Position numbers and translations under genes: made by a program. This document shows, piece by piece, positions 1 to 9,193 of a stretch of 64,000 bases of DNA (its first letter is position 1; each line of letters opens with the position of its first letter). The stretch lies in the IMG/VR virus record IMGVR_UViG_3300009181_006602, positions 1 to 64,000 of that record; one strand, given 5' to 3'. Below the pieces are notes generated by a model that saw only the letters and a list, made by a program, of their open reading frames with translations, was not told where the DNA came from and made no database searches. The stretch is from a virus.

Positions 1-324
1 ACTGGCTGTTCTTAAAGCTTCAGGGTAATCTATCTCGCGCTCATCTAGTTCTGTCTTTTCTACTTGCGGTTTATTACCAGAACCTGTTGAAACAGAAGAA
101 GAAACATTTGACGTTTGATCTTCGCCTGATGTCACACCAGCTGATACTGATACGTTAGGCTTTACACCTCCGCTTCCTGTAGATAACGGTGTAGGACAAT
201 CGCTAAAAACAGCTGATGTATCACCAGCAATCTTATTGGGATTTGGTCTCTCGCAACCATACACCGTAAAAATCAAAGCGCATATAATCAATGACAAATG
301 TTGAACAAAATTTCTATTTTTCAT
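1..324 (-). CDS. Putative lipoprotein, 3' end truncated by the window edge (not in the ORF track)
   Basis: Manual translation from ATG 324: MKNRNFVQHLSLIICALIFTVYG-C-ERPNPN..., i.e. basic N-terminus, hydrophobic stretch and lipobox-like VYGC, then an S/T/G-rich linker and ELDEREIDYPEALRTAS. Frame is open to position 1. Confidence 0.75.
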   Translation of the reverse strand, partial: MKNRNFVQHLSLIICALIFTVYGCERPNPNKIAGDTSAVFSDCPTPLSTGSGGVKPNVSVSAGVTSGEDQTSNVSSSVSTGSGNKPQVEKTELDEREIDYPEALRTAS

Positions 325-360
325 TAACGTAATCTATAATCTACAATTATAACACAAAAG

Positions 361-708
361 CTATCGTTGGATATTATCTTTTTCAAATGATTCTTTTCGC
401 ATAACAACCATAGGATTATCTTTGATCTTCCAAAACTCTCGTTCTAATGGTGGATCTTCTCCAATGCGAAACCACATTAACTTTCTTCCGCCTGTTGATG
501 AATAAACACCAATAATTGTTATTTCACCTGCATGAATTAAATCATGACAAGTATGGCATACAACAGCCAAATTATGATTATCATTTGAACTCCTAGGATC
601 ACATCTAGGAATTATGTGATGAAAGTTCAGCGCCGCAGGCCTATCAAACTCGCAAATCTCGCAAAAATGCTTTATTAGCTTAGTCTGTCTAGAACTGCGG
701 CGCTTCAC
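361..708 (-). CDS. Small HNH endonuclease
   Basis: CEIC...HHIIP...N..NLAVVCHTCHDLIH matches the zinc-binding HNH (McrA-like) motif. Confidence 0.85.
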   Translation of the reverse strand: MKRRSSRQTKLIKHFCEICEFDRPAALNFHHIIPRCDPRSSNDNHNLAVVCHTCHDLIHAGEITIIGVYSSTGGRKLMWFRIGEDPPLEREFWKIKDNPMVVMRKESFEKDNIQR

Positions 709-743
709 TCAAGAATTATATTCTACTTTTGTTATTAATGATA

Positions 744-1184
744 TCAAGTTCCGTTTATCGCATGAGAACCTGAAGCTGCCATTAACAAAAATGATGCCCC
801 ATCGCTGATAAGCGCAACGGATGAACCTTGAACGGCAGAAAGTGTTAACTTACTTCCTTGTGAATCAGGAGTTGCACCAGCCTGGCCGGCAAAAACCTTA
901 GTTCCATTTGCTTCTTGAGAACCAGTTAGAATGTGAGCATGTGCTGAAGCTGTGCGAAACACAAATGTTCCACCTGGGACTGAAGATGCTAAAGGCATTA
1001 TCATTGTTAATGCACCAGCACCAGATAGTGTATAGGCTCCAGGACTAACTATCGTTTCAGCAACTGTCTTTGCAGAAACCGGCGTTGTTGGTAATGATGT
1101 CATTGAAACCGTAGAATCAATTTCTACGCCAGAACCTGAACTCTGGACTAAACCCTTTGAATCGTTCATTGTAACTTTTGGCAT
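744..1184 (-). CDS. Putative small virion (capsid decoration) protein
   Basis: S/T/G/A-rich, beta-type composition; lies downstream of the capsid gene. Strong SD AAAGGAG before ATG 1184 (MPKVT...), preferred over the track start 1223. Confidence 0.55.
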   Translation of the reverse strand: MPKVTMNDSKGLVQSSGSGVEIDSTVSMTSLPTTPVSAKTVAETIVSPGAYTLSGAGALTMIMPLASSVPGGTFVFRTASAHAHILTGSQEANGTKVFAGQAGATPDSQGSKLTLSAVQGSSVALISDGASFLLMAASGSHAINGT

Positions 1185-1251
1185 TTTCGTGATCTCCTTT
1201 TTGTTCGCAAGATTCCGAATCACCGGCGAGGTCGGTTGATCACTGATTCGG
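1185..1251 (-). promoter_or_regulatory. Structured 5' leader (hairpin with possible RBS-occluding pseudoknot)
   Basis: 8-bp stem CCGAATCA/TGATTCGG (1215-1222 with 1244-1251). The bulge GUGAUC (1238-1243) is complementary to GAUCAC (1189-1194), which abuts the SD. Confidence 0.4.
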
Positions 1252-1304
1252 GCCTATGATAAGTAATATCAACGTTTAAGATATTCATCTTTGAATAAAA
1301 GTAT

Positions 1305-2735
1305 TTATGAAAATGACAATGAAAATATTGAAGACCCGCATCCATGGATTCTAGAAACTTTCGAGTCTAATACAACTTGTTTTTCTGTCTTTCCATCCTT
1401 CGCTCGAAATTTAAACCTATCATAACGTAGATAGTTATCCGTATACCAATAATCAACAGCTGTTGCGCCTATACAATTAAATCCAGCAAGCTTGTATCCT
1501 TTCCCGTCACCAATCCGTCTATCGACATATGTCATGATACCTTTATAACCATTTTCAATGCACCACAACTTTGCTCGTTTCAATAATTTAGACAATCCAC
1601 CAGGAACAGATGTTTTTAAATAAGTGCTAAACCTAGCTATTTCTAAAAAGCCATCATACTTTTTTCCATGACGAGGAGCCCTTAATGATAAGGCAGCTAC
1701 AATGTCACCTTTTCTATCTCTCAAACCCCAAGTGATCTTTGACTGGACATGCCCAGAGATATGAGTAGAATTAAAGAAGTCTCTTTGTTCTTTTGCACTT
1801 AGCTCTACGACTTTTGTTGACCACGTTTTACATCGACCTTCATCTAACCCAAGCCTATGGAGAATCATAGATTTGCAGATCTCTCTTTTATCTCTCCACT
1901 CATCCTCAAATATCTGACATAACTTTATTCCCTTACCTGAAGTCAGCACAAATTTTTCTAGATGTTTGTTCTTATCAAAAACTTCATCTTGTTTGGCTCC
2001 TTCGCTGTGCCAATACAATCCGTGACATTCAATTCCAAATTTCTTGGAAGGAACATAAACGTCAATCTCTTTCGGAGAAATAACCCTTTTGTCTCCTGAT
2101 ACGGCATCTGGTGCAATTGACTGGACGTAAGAAAATACTTCTAATTCCCAATTAGATTTACCGACCGGATGGCATCTATAACATCTGCTACCCCTTTCAA
2201 ATGCCTGAAGGGTTTTTGGCTGTAACTCTCCACACTTAGTACACTGGAATGTTAGGTATTGTTCTTGCCTAGAGATGTATTGATCTATCAGTGTTATCAG
2301 GACGAACTCAGATTGCCTTATAGATAATCTTTCATTTAATGTTGAGGTTACCAATAGCTTGCTTAAACTAATTTTTTGTAAGGTATCCTGAGTGTGGCGA
2401 CGACCATAAAAAGGATTGCCCGCGCCTGTCATCTTTTCGGATTGTTGCTTGATTCTGCTGTCAGTCTGTTTGGTCTTACCATGGTTCCAAGCCTCGGCTT
2501 TTCCACCACGAGATCCGCCTTCTTTCATGGCAAAATGCGAATGATCCTTACAGAAAGTCTTAAAAGAGAAAGAAACATATCGAACAGGAGCTTGACATAC
2601 CTTGCAAGTTGGCTTTATTCCATTATGATAAACTTTTACCGTATAATCCTCTGAAGATAATCCATGTTCAGATCTGATGTGATTGGTTAGCTTCTTCAGA
2701 ACATCATGCTGAAATCTGCATAATTTACAATCCAT
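1305..2735 (-). CDS. Hef-like free-standing homing endonuclease (Zn fingers, NUMOD3-like motifs, PD-(D/E)xK/Vsr-like core, C-terminal Mom/GNAT-like domain)
   Basis: N-terminal CxxC..HxxxxH; AWNHGK and NPFYGRRHT NUMOD3-like motifs; EIDVYVPSKKFGIECHGLYWHS...IFEDEW core; LEIARF...GGLSKLL...YVDRR...GKGYKLAGF tail. Confidence 0.8.
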   Translation of the reverse strand: MDCKLCRFQHDVLKKLTNHIRSEHGLSSEDYTVKVYHNGIKPTCKVCQAPVRYVSFSFKTFCKDHSHFAMKEGGSRGGKAEAWNHGKTKQTDSRIKQQSEKMTGAGNPFYGRRHTQDTLQKISLSKLLVTSTLNERLSIRQSEFVLITLIDQYISRQEQYLTFQCTKCGELQPKTLQAFERGSRCYRCHPVGKSNWELEVFSYVQSIAPDAVSGDKRVISPKEIDVYVPSKKFGIECHGLYWHSEGAKQDEVFDKNKHLEKFVLTSGKGIKLCQIFEDEWRDKREICKSMILHRLGLDEGRCKTWSTKVVELSAKEQRDFFNSTHISGHVQSKITWGLRDRKGDIVAALSLRAPRHGKKYDGFLEIARFSTYLKTSVPGGLSKLLKRAKLWCIENGYKGIMTYVDRRIGDGKGYKLAGFNCIGATAVDYWYTDNYLRYDRFKFRAKDGKTEKQVVLDSKVSRIHGCGSSIFSLSFS

Positions 2736-2820
2736 ATCACCACGCCTTTCTATGGACTATATAATATCTTAAAAGTTAAAATTGTACTATTAAAATAGTA
2801 TGCGTTAACTGAACATTTAT

Positions 2821-2852
2821 AAACTACAAAGGCCACCAAAAGGTGGCCTTTG
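2821..2852 (-). terminator. Intrinsic terminator after the major capsid gene
   Basis: Perfect 11-bp stem CAAAGGCCACC-AAAA-GGTGGCCTTTG (2827-2852), 36 nt past the MCP stop, followed by TAGTTT on the minus strand. Confidence 0.8.
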
Positions 2853-2888
2853 CATATGTTCAAGCTATAAACTCAGATGACATTCATG

Positions 2889-4766
2889 TCATATTATATT
2901 CATGTCCAAACATGTGACCGTCCCGAAAAAGTCTGACCTCACCATTTTCTTACCGTAGCGAGTCATCACACCCTTGCGAGGAGTGAAATCTTCCGGTGCG
3001 AATATGGTTGGTGTGACGATGAGCGGAACGTAAGGAGCGTAGACATAACCTGTCTCTAGGTAGCTGCCGCCCTTATAACCGACGAGGATCTTGTTTCTGA
3101 CGAAATAGGGATCCTTGTAGATGGTGAAGCGGTTGCTGAGAGTACCGATTGCCTCTGCGCCGATTGTGAATGGCGAACCAACTTGTCCTTCGCCGTCCAA
3201 GGAGAACTTAGGCTTATAGAGCACTGAGGACTCGAGGATGGTTGCGACATCCGGGCCGCAAACCATAAAGTTTGCTGAACCGCGGAGGGTCTTACGATGG
3301 ATTGTGTTGGCAACGTCAATAATCGTCTCGATAAGTGTCTCGTACCACTCGCGAACCGTACCTGTGAAGGCCGGACCGATAGAGAGTGACGATGCGAGGG
3401 CGACAGGCGTTCCTGTTGTCTTGTTGACGAAGCGGCCTGGCGCACGCGACCAATAGTAGTTTGCACCATTGGCTTGTGTCACAAGGTCGCTAAGAATCTC
3501 GCGGTCAATCTCAAGAGCAATTTGCTCAGAGAGAATTGATGTTAACTCAACCTCTGCGTCCATCGAGTGATAGGCGTTGAGGTCTTGTGCGAGTTCTGGT
3601 GACCAACGAGCACGAAGCTTGCGGGTCTCAGCTGTAATCGCGATAGACTCAATTTTGATATCGATCTCAGGAATTGCAGGAGATGGATTCACATTGAAGT
3701 CAGATTCGAATGATGGGATCGTAACTGTTCCGCCCGATGATGAATCGACAGAAAGACCTGTCGAAACGACGAAGGACGCTCTAGTTGAACCGCCTAAGGA
3801 GAGATCTGCAGTGTTGGCTCCCTTGACAACAGTAAGAATGTGAGTTCCGTTAAGAGCGTCTGCCGTAAAGATAGAACCGTTCCAGTTACCACGTTTGTTA
3901 AGACGGCGGAGGTTAAGGACTCCAGAACCACCTTGGTATGTCTCGCCCCATGCTGTTGCGTTCGTCGCGCCGGCAAAAAGTGCTAGCGAGCTAGCTGTTG
4001 TCTTTTCCATGTTATCGAATCTAGAACCTGTGATTGGCACCATTAAGAATGCTAGATCGAGCTGTCCAAGTTCAAGAGCTGTCTCAACCTGTGAATCGAA
4101 ATCCGCGTATCGGGCATTGCTGCCTGAGAACATGGAATCCGACTTAACCTCAAGACCCACTGTCCAGGTATCTCCATCCACACCACCCCAAGCACCAAGC
4201 GACCAGGCGGAGGCATCACTGCTAGGACCTAGGTAAGTGCTTCCAGTGAAAGAACCTGACACTCTTGAATAACCTGCGCCGACGAGATCGTACATACCGC
4301 CAGCAGCTAGAGATCCTGAGCGTACCCCCTTGCCACCTGGGCTATTGTAGATTGATTCGCCGCGTGTATATGTTGAGTCGGCTGCTGATGTGCCTACGCT
4401 CGAGCCGTAAGTATAATCAAGATAGAAGATTAGACCTGATGGAAGGCTCATTGGTTGTATAGAAACGAGCTCGTTGGCAACGAGTCCGCCGAATACGCGA
4501 CGTACGATTGGGAATGCAATGTTGCTAAAACCTTGCATTTGTCCAGAACTAGAAAGGCCGCCGCCGCCACCTGAAAGTCCGCTGCTCTCTTTAAGAACCT
4601 GTGCAGCCTGGTTCTCGAGAAGCTGTGACATAACTTCGCGGCGATTGCCTTCTAGTCCACGAAGTAGGCCTGTGCGGGACCACTTCTCTGTTAGTCGTGC
4701 GCGCTCGGCGCCGACGTGTTTATCTTTGATACCCTGTGCTAAATGTTCAAGCGTAAAAGTTTTCAT
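2889..4766 (-). CDS. gp23: Major capsid protein, T4 gp23-like
   Basis: LLENQ, PIVRRVF...LVSIQPMSLPSGLIFYL, TRKLRARWSPELAQDLNAYH..DAEVEL..ILSEQIALEIDREI, YAPYVPL and F.PRKGVMTRYG are gp23 hallmarks. SD AGGAG present. Confidence 0.97.
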   Translation of the reverse strand: MKTFTLEHLAQGIKDKHVGAERARLTEKWSRTGLLRGLEGNRREVMSQLLENQAAQVLKESSGLSGGGGGLSSSGQMQGFSNIAFPIVRRVFGGLVANELVSIQPMSLPSGLIFYLDYTYGSSVGTSAADSTYTRGESIYNSPGGKGVRSGSLAAGGMYDLVGAGYSRVSGSFTGSTYLGPSSDASAWSLGAWGGVDGDTWTVGLEVKSDSMFSGSNARYADFDSQVETALELGQLDLAFLMVPITGSRFDNMEKTTASSLALFAGATNATAWGETYQGGSGVLNLRRLNKRGNWNGSIFTADALNGTHILTVVKGANTADLSLGGSTRASFVVSTGLSVDSSSGGTVTIPSFESDFNVNPSPAIPEIDIKIESIAITAETRKLRARWSPELAQDLNAYHSMDAEVELTSILSEQIALEIDREILSDLVTQANGANYYWSRAPGRFVNKTTGTPVALASSLSIGPAFTGTVREWYETLIETIIDVANTIHRKTLRGSANFMVCGPDVATILESSVLYKPKFSLDGEGQVGSPFTIGAEAIGTLSNRFTIYKDPYFVRNKILVGYKGGSYLETGYVYAPYVPLIVTPTIFAPEDFTPRKGVMTRYGKKMVRSDFFGTVTCLDMNII

Positions 4767-4797
4767 TTTTTTGTCTCCTAAAATTTTGATTAACGAA

Positions 4798-6864
4798 TCA
4801 CTTCAAACCTGCGAGTCTTGCCCAGCGATCAGTCTCAACATTTTCGCTGAGAACTGTTGAAGCTGGACGAGTCGCTTGTGAAGACGAACCCATAATTTGA
4901 CGATTATTGCCTTCGCTCATTTGACGTGAAGATCTGGCGAGTGTCTTGATTAAGGTTTCGTATACGAGCTTAACTTCTCTTGTGCTTGATGTCTCATCGA
5001 GTTGCTCAATAATTTCTGCCTTCTGGCGTCTTGTGAGCGACTCATTTTGGAGGAGTTTGTTGCAGTAGAGAAGTTTCATGTTGAACAGATTCGTTTCCGC
5101 CAACTTCTTACGGAGATTTAAGGTTTCTGCCGTGGACCTTGTTGTGACGCCATTGTGACGAATCACTTTGCGGCTCTCTGCTAGTAGAACCGATCGCAAC
5201 TTGGCAGTGCGTCGCACTGACTCGTTGAAAATATTTGCATAGAAAACATAGGCTTCTTGCATTTTCTTGGCTTGCTTGGCTTGCTTTTGAGCCTCTTGCT
5301 TTGCCTTTTGAGCCTCTAATTGCTTCTTTTGTTTCAACTTTTGTTGAACTTCTTGTTGCTTTTGCTTCACCTTTTGTTGAGCTTCGCGTTGTTGCTTCTT
5401 AGCAGACTGAGCCTTCTTCTTGGCGCCGTCTTGAACGCGAGCTTCTCGGGTAAGCTGTCGGCGAGCTTCTTGAACTTGTTGTGTTTCTTCTTGCTTTTCA
5501 TCGGCTTCATCCTGTTGGTCATCGGCTTCATCCTGTTGCTGACCTTGCATTTTATGGCCTTGTTGCTTTTGTTGACCTTGCATTTTATGGCCTTGTTGCT
5601 TTTGTTGACCTTGTTGCTTTTGGCCTTGATCATCAGCTTCTTTCATCTTTTCGGCTTCATCGGCGGTTACATAACCGCTATCGATGCCAAGCTTCCACCA
5701 GCCTTCATCGCCACCTTGGCCTTCATCGAGTTCATCGGCTTCATCAACTTCTTGATCTTGTGCTTCATCAACTTCTTGATCTTGTGCTTCAGAAAGTTCA
5801 ATGTCTAATAATGGATCGCCTAGGTCTTCATCTTCAAGATCGCCAAGGTCACCAGCACCGTTGCCCCAAGATTGTGGTTTTGTCTCATCTGCCTCACGAA
5901 GCGTACGCATTCGAGATATCTCTCGACGAAGCATATTTTCATCAATTTCTACCACTAAATTATTTCTTAAACGGCGTGTTTCCATTTGGTGTCCTTCTTC
6001 TGCTACTTCTTCGCTATCATCGTCCGTGGAGTCTTCTTCGTCGCTACCGAGATCAAGCTCTTCATCGCCTTCCTCATCGCCACCTTCATCACCCTCTTCA
6101 TCGCCCTCTTCATCTTCCTCGCCGCCGCTGGCAACAAGGTCGACGCCAAGATCTCCTAATTGATCTTCGAGTTCGTCAGGAACGTTAGTGAGTTTAAGAT
6201 TTATTTCTGCTTCGGTTAACGACTTCAAGTTATTTTTCATATTATATTGCTCCACGAGCTTATTAAGTTTTTTGTATAGAGATTCCAACTTCCCTTCGTA
6301 GACCCCTTTGTCTTGAAGGTTTCTTACAGATTCCTGCAAGTATTCATACGTTTTTTCGATTTTAGAGACCATCTCTAAAACGCGATGCTGATAGTTCACG
6401 GTTTTCTTTAAGGTGCTACTGGCGTTTAGAAACTCTTGTACTGCTTCGTCTAAACGAAAGAGTCTAGATTCTATTTTCATATTAGCCGCTGAATTAAGCT
6501 TGTTAACAAGCGGATTAATTAACAAATTAACAGATTCATTGCTTAATTCGAATTCAGCTGCGTCGTCTGCGAGAGGTTGCACGTTTATTGCATCAAGATC
6601 GAGTGTTACTTTCCCTTCTTCATCAGGAGGAGATAACGCTGGAACGACACTAGGATCAACGTCGCCTGCTACAAATGGCAAAGGCTCATCGTCTAGCATA
6701 AGTTCATCATCTAGTTCTCCAGCCTCTCGAAGGAGTTCTGTTTCTATTAAATCTTTAATTCTAGGCGATATCGCTTCGATTAAAGACCTTTTAGCGTTGT
6801 CTTCTGCTATCTCCTTTAGCTTTTTTACATCAGCTAAAGCTTCTTCGTACAATTGCTTCGACAT
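4798..6864 (-). CDS. Prohead scaffold/core protein
   Basis: Directly upstream of the MCP. Highly acidic, coiled-coil and Gln-rich, many L-x-E motifs, C-terminal RWARLAGLK capsid-binding-type tail. Confidence 0.8.
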   Translation of the reverse strand: MSKQLYEEALADVKKLKEIAEDNAKRSLIEAISPRIKDLIETELLREAGELDDELMLDDEPLPFVAGDVDPSVVPALSPPDEEGKVTLDLDAINVQPLADDAAEFELSNESVNLLINPLVNKLNSAANMKIESRLFRLDEAVQEFLNASSTLKKTVNYQHRVLEMVSKIEKTYEYLQESVRNLQDKGVYEGKLESLYKKLNKLVEQYNMKNNLKSLTEAEINLKLTNVPDELEDQLGDLGVDLVASGGEEDEEGDEEGDEGGDEEGDEELDLGSDEEDSTDDDSEEVAEEGHQMETRRLRNNLVVEIDENMLRREISRMRTLREADETKPQSWGNGAGDLGDLEDEDLGDPLLDIELSEAQDQEVDEAQDQEVDEADELDEGQGGDEGWWKLGIDSGYVTADEAEKMKEADDQGQKQQGQQKQQGHKMQGQQKQQGHKMQGQQQDEADDQQDEADEKQEETQQVQEARRQLTREARVQDGAKKKAQSAKKQQREAQQKVKQKQQEVQQKLKQKKQLEAQKAKQEAQKQAKQAKKMQEAYVFYANIFNESVRRTAKLRSVLLAESRKVIRHNGVTTRSTAETLNLRKKLAETNLFNMKLLYCNKLLQNESLTRRQKAEIIEQLDETSSTREVKLVYETLIKTLARSSRQMSEGNNRQIMGSSSQATRPASTVLSENVETDRWARLAGLK
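5535..5625. repeat. In-frame 30-bp tandem repeats encoding QGQQKQQGHKM in the scaffold
   Basis: TGACCTTGCATTTTATGGCCTTGTTGCT is repeated in tandem, plus a partial third unit. A 24-bp EAQDQEVD duplication lies near 5740-5790. Confidence 0.85.
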
Positions 6865-6910
6865 GTATCAGACCTCTCTTATACTCATTAACTATTCTAT
6901 ACTATACGAG

Positions 6911-7399
6911 TTATTCGACAGAACTTTTACCCTTTTCAAGATTTTCGCCTAAAGAAACAGAACCTAAGCGTGGTGCCGTTGCTGTTGGTGACGCTGTATT
7001 AATACTCGGATTCGCGGGGTCAAAATTTGGTTTCACATCGATTGTATCAATGTTTGGATTTGCATCTTTTTGTACACCGTCTGTTTTTCCTGGACCAGGA
7101 GATGTAAGATCAGGTACATATGGATTAGCAGGATCTCCGGGGTTCTTCCAACCTACCTCAGATGTATCAGGTGCCTCCGCGTATACTAAAGATACGCCGG
7201 CTCCGAACATGTCTGGATCTCCTACGCCTTTTCTATTAGACTTCGCCACTGCAACTGCAGCTGCTGCTGCGTCTGTGTTGCTTTTAGCACCGCCGTATAA
7301 TTCATTCGAACCACCTTTGAATAGTTTCGAAAGTCTTTCAGTTTTTTCACTATTAACGGGTAAATAAGTCGTATATCTTCCGCTGCCTGGTGTTCCCAT
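6911..7399 (-). CDS. Hypothetical Pro/Gly-rich protein in the head module
   Basis: Clean ORF with SD AAAGGT, between the scaffold and protease genes. Confidence 0.7.
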   Translation of the reverse strand: MGTPGSGRYTTYLPVNSEKTERLSKLFKGGSNELYGGAKSNTDAAAAAVAVAKSNRKGVGDPDMFGAGVSLVYAEAPDTSEVGWKNPGDPANPYVPDLTSPGPGKTDGVQKDANPNIDTIDVKPNFDPANPSINTASPTATAPRLGSVSLGENLEKGKSSVE

Positions 7400-7428
7400 A
7401 ACTATTACCTTTCAAGTAAGTTTTTAAA

Positions 7429-7668
7429 TCAAAGACTGCGAAGAATCCTGGTTCGCGTCTCAATGACTTTCTTAAGTCGACTGCGTATACGGGTTTCTTC
7501 AATCTTAAGAGCCTTAATAAAATCGATTTTTTTCTCAAGAGCTTTATCAGAACCTTGTTCATCAGCATCAACTTCTTCAGCCTCGACGTCAGAAACAACG
7601 CCAGCATCTTTAAAATTAGCTAATTCTTCTGCAATAATTTTTTTAAGTAATCGACTTGTAAGTTTCAT
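7429..7668 (-). CDS. Small putative prohead core/internal head protein
   Basis: N-terminus MKLTSRLLKKIIAEEL (shared leader motif); coiled-coil C-terminus; SD GGAG. Confidence 0.7.
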   Translation of the reverse strand: MKLTSRLLKKIIAEELANFKDAGVVSDVEAEEVDADEQGSDKALEKKIDFIKALKIEETRIRSRLKKVIETRTRILRSL

Positions 7669-7732
7669 GTATTAATTCTCCGTGTAACACTTTAAATATC
7701 TTAGATAAAATAAAAATAATAGATTTAAAGCA

Positions 7733-8158
7733 CTATTTGTTAGATAATCTTGGAAATGCCAAATTTGCCCATTTTGAAGCTGCTTCTTCTCCGAATAATT
7801 CTTGCGGATCGTGAGAAGCTACGATGCTTTCAATCTTACCTGTCGCTTTTGGCGTTTTCATCCTATCATTCTCCAACATAGATGGCAAGGTTTTTTCTGC
7901 AGTGTCGGCTAAAATAGATGCCATGATGTCGTTTCCACCTGATTCAAGTCGAATTACTTCTTTTAATGTTGATGATTGCGCTTTTAAACGGGTCGCATTT
8001 TGTTGTATTGCAAGCGAATTTGAAGTAGTGGTATCTCGATAAACTTTCTTTTTTACTTCATTGATAGATTCACTTGTGCTAGAACCCATGCCTTCAGAAA
8101 GTATTTCTATGAGGCACTCTTTAACGATAGACTTTAGCTGCCCTTTTGTGATACCCAT
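7733..8158 (-). CDS. Putative prohead core/internal head protein
   Basis: N-terminus MGITKGQLKSIVKECL (shared leader motif); C-terminal KWANLAF resembles the scaffold tail RWARLAG. Confidence 0.7.
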   Translation of the reverse strand: MGITKGQLKSIVKECLIEILSEGMGSSTSESINEVKKKVYRDTTTSNSLAIQQNATRLKAQSSTLKEVIRLESGGNDIMASILADTAEKTLPSMLENDRMKTPKATGKIESIVASHDPQELFGEEAASKWANLAFPRLSNK

Positions 8159-8159
8159 A

Positions 8160-8576
8160 TCAACCTACACCTTCCCAATATGTTGTACCACCGATTGATC
8201 CAGTTAATATAGGCATCATCGTAGAATCAATCATAGTAAGGTTTGCACAGATGCTAGTAGAGATATCTGTAGCGCCATCTCTTAAAAGATAAAGTTCTTT
8301 GACCCTAACGCCTAGAGTAATATTACTTCCACCGTTTACAATAATATAATTGGCTTCGGTTCCTGCTCGGCCGCTGATTCCATTTTCCGTGAATCCAACT
8401 CGTAAACGTTGAGTGGCCGCTGTGTTGTTGTTGATGATTAAAATGTCTTTTGTTACTTTTGGAAAAATATACCTAATAGCGGTACTGGATACTGTGCCTG
8501 ATAGTACCCATGGTAAACCGGACATCGTAAACTCAGCCGTTGTATTCAACCCTGATTTTGGATTATTTAATCCCAT
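8160..8576 (-). CDS. Putative small virion structural protein
   Basis: Beta-rich T/S/G/I composition, located in the head operon, contains ILTGS. Confidence 0.6.
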   Translation of the reverse strand: MGLNNPKSGLNTTAEFTMSGLPWVLSGTVSSTAIRYIFPKVTKDILIINNNTAATQRLRVGFTENGISGRAGTEANYIIVNGGSNITLGVRVKELYLLRDGATDISTSICANLTMIDSTMMPILTGSIGGTTYWEGVG

Positions 8577-8578
8577 GA

Positions 8579-9193
8579 TTATTTGTCTCCATAAGAAATA
8601 ATATCGTTTAATATCCTATCGATTCTATCTGATTTATTAAAAACCTTTTGAAACTCCGTAGAAGTAATCCTACGCCCTTCGGGTAGCATAAAAGCACCTG
8701 GAGTTGATGGTTCTGATACGTAATCCCAACAAATAAGTTGAAAATCATCTTGAACAATATGATAATCGCCTTGTTTTTTTGTTGAGCCGACGCCTCGAGA
8801 TGATATACCAAGTTTTACACCTGAACTTACAAGAGATTGTAAAATCTTTCCTGCAGGTGTATCTAGGACTTCAATAGTCCCATAGACTACGTCCTTATCA
8901 AGATATGCTTCTCGTATAATGTGCGAAACATTCTTAAGGTTAACTACGGAGGAATCAGGATGATCTAGTTCGCCAAGCGCCCTATTCTCAATAATGAATT
9001 TTTGATAATTTCTAACTTCGCGATCAAGAACGTTTATTGGATAAATTCTACCATTTTGATTAAGCGTATCTGCTTTCTGTAGGATACCCTTCATCATCAC
9101 TTTTCCATCGTTCTTTTCTCGAGATTCTTTAATCATCTCAGGTGTATAATCAAAAACCTCGTACGAACTTAAAAGGCGTAAGTCTTTCATCAA
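8579..9193 (-). CDS. gp21: Prohead protease, T4 gp21-like
   Basis: NQNGRIYP, ALGELDHP, NVSH, TPAGKIL, LGISSRGVGS and DYVSEPSTPGAF motifs. Confidence 0.96.
   Translation of the reverse strand: MMKDLRLLSSYEVFDYTPEMIKESREKNDGKVMMKGILQKADTLNQNGRIYPINVLDREVRNYQKFIIENRALGELDHPDSSVVNLKNVSHIIREAYLDKDVVYGTIEVLDTPAGKILQSLVSSGVKLGISSRGVGSTKKQGDYHIVQDDFQLICWDYVSEPSTPGAFMLPEGRRITSTEFQKVFNKSDRIDRILNDIISYGDK

Noticed and set aside
3056-7675. Many long alternative-frame or antisense ORFs over the MCP and scaffold (e.g. 5481..6188 +, 5320..5808 +, 6413..6952 +)
   Set aside because: They are shadows of GC-richer, low-complexity real genes; the products are Leu/Ser/His runs without motifs or RBS.
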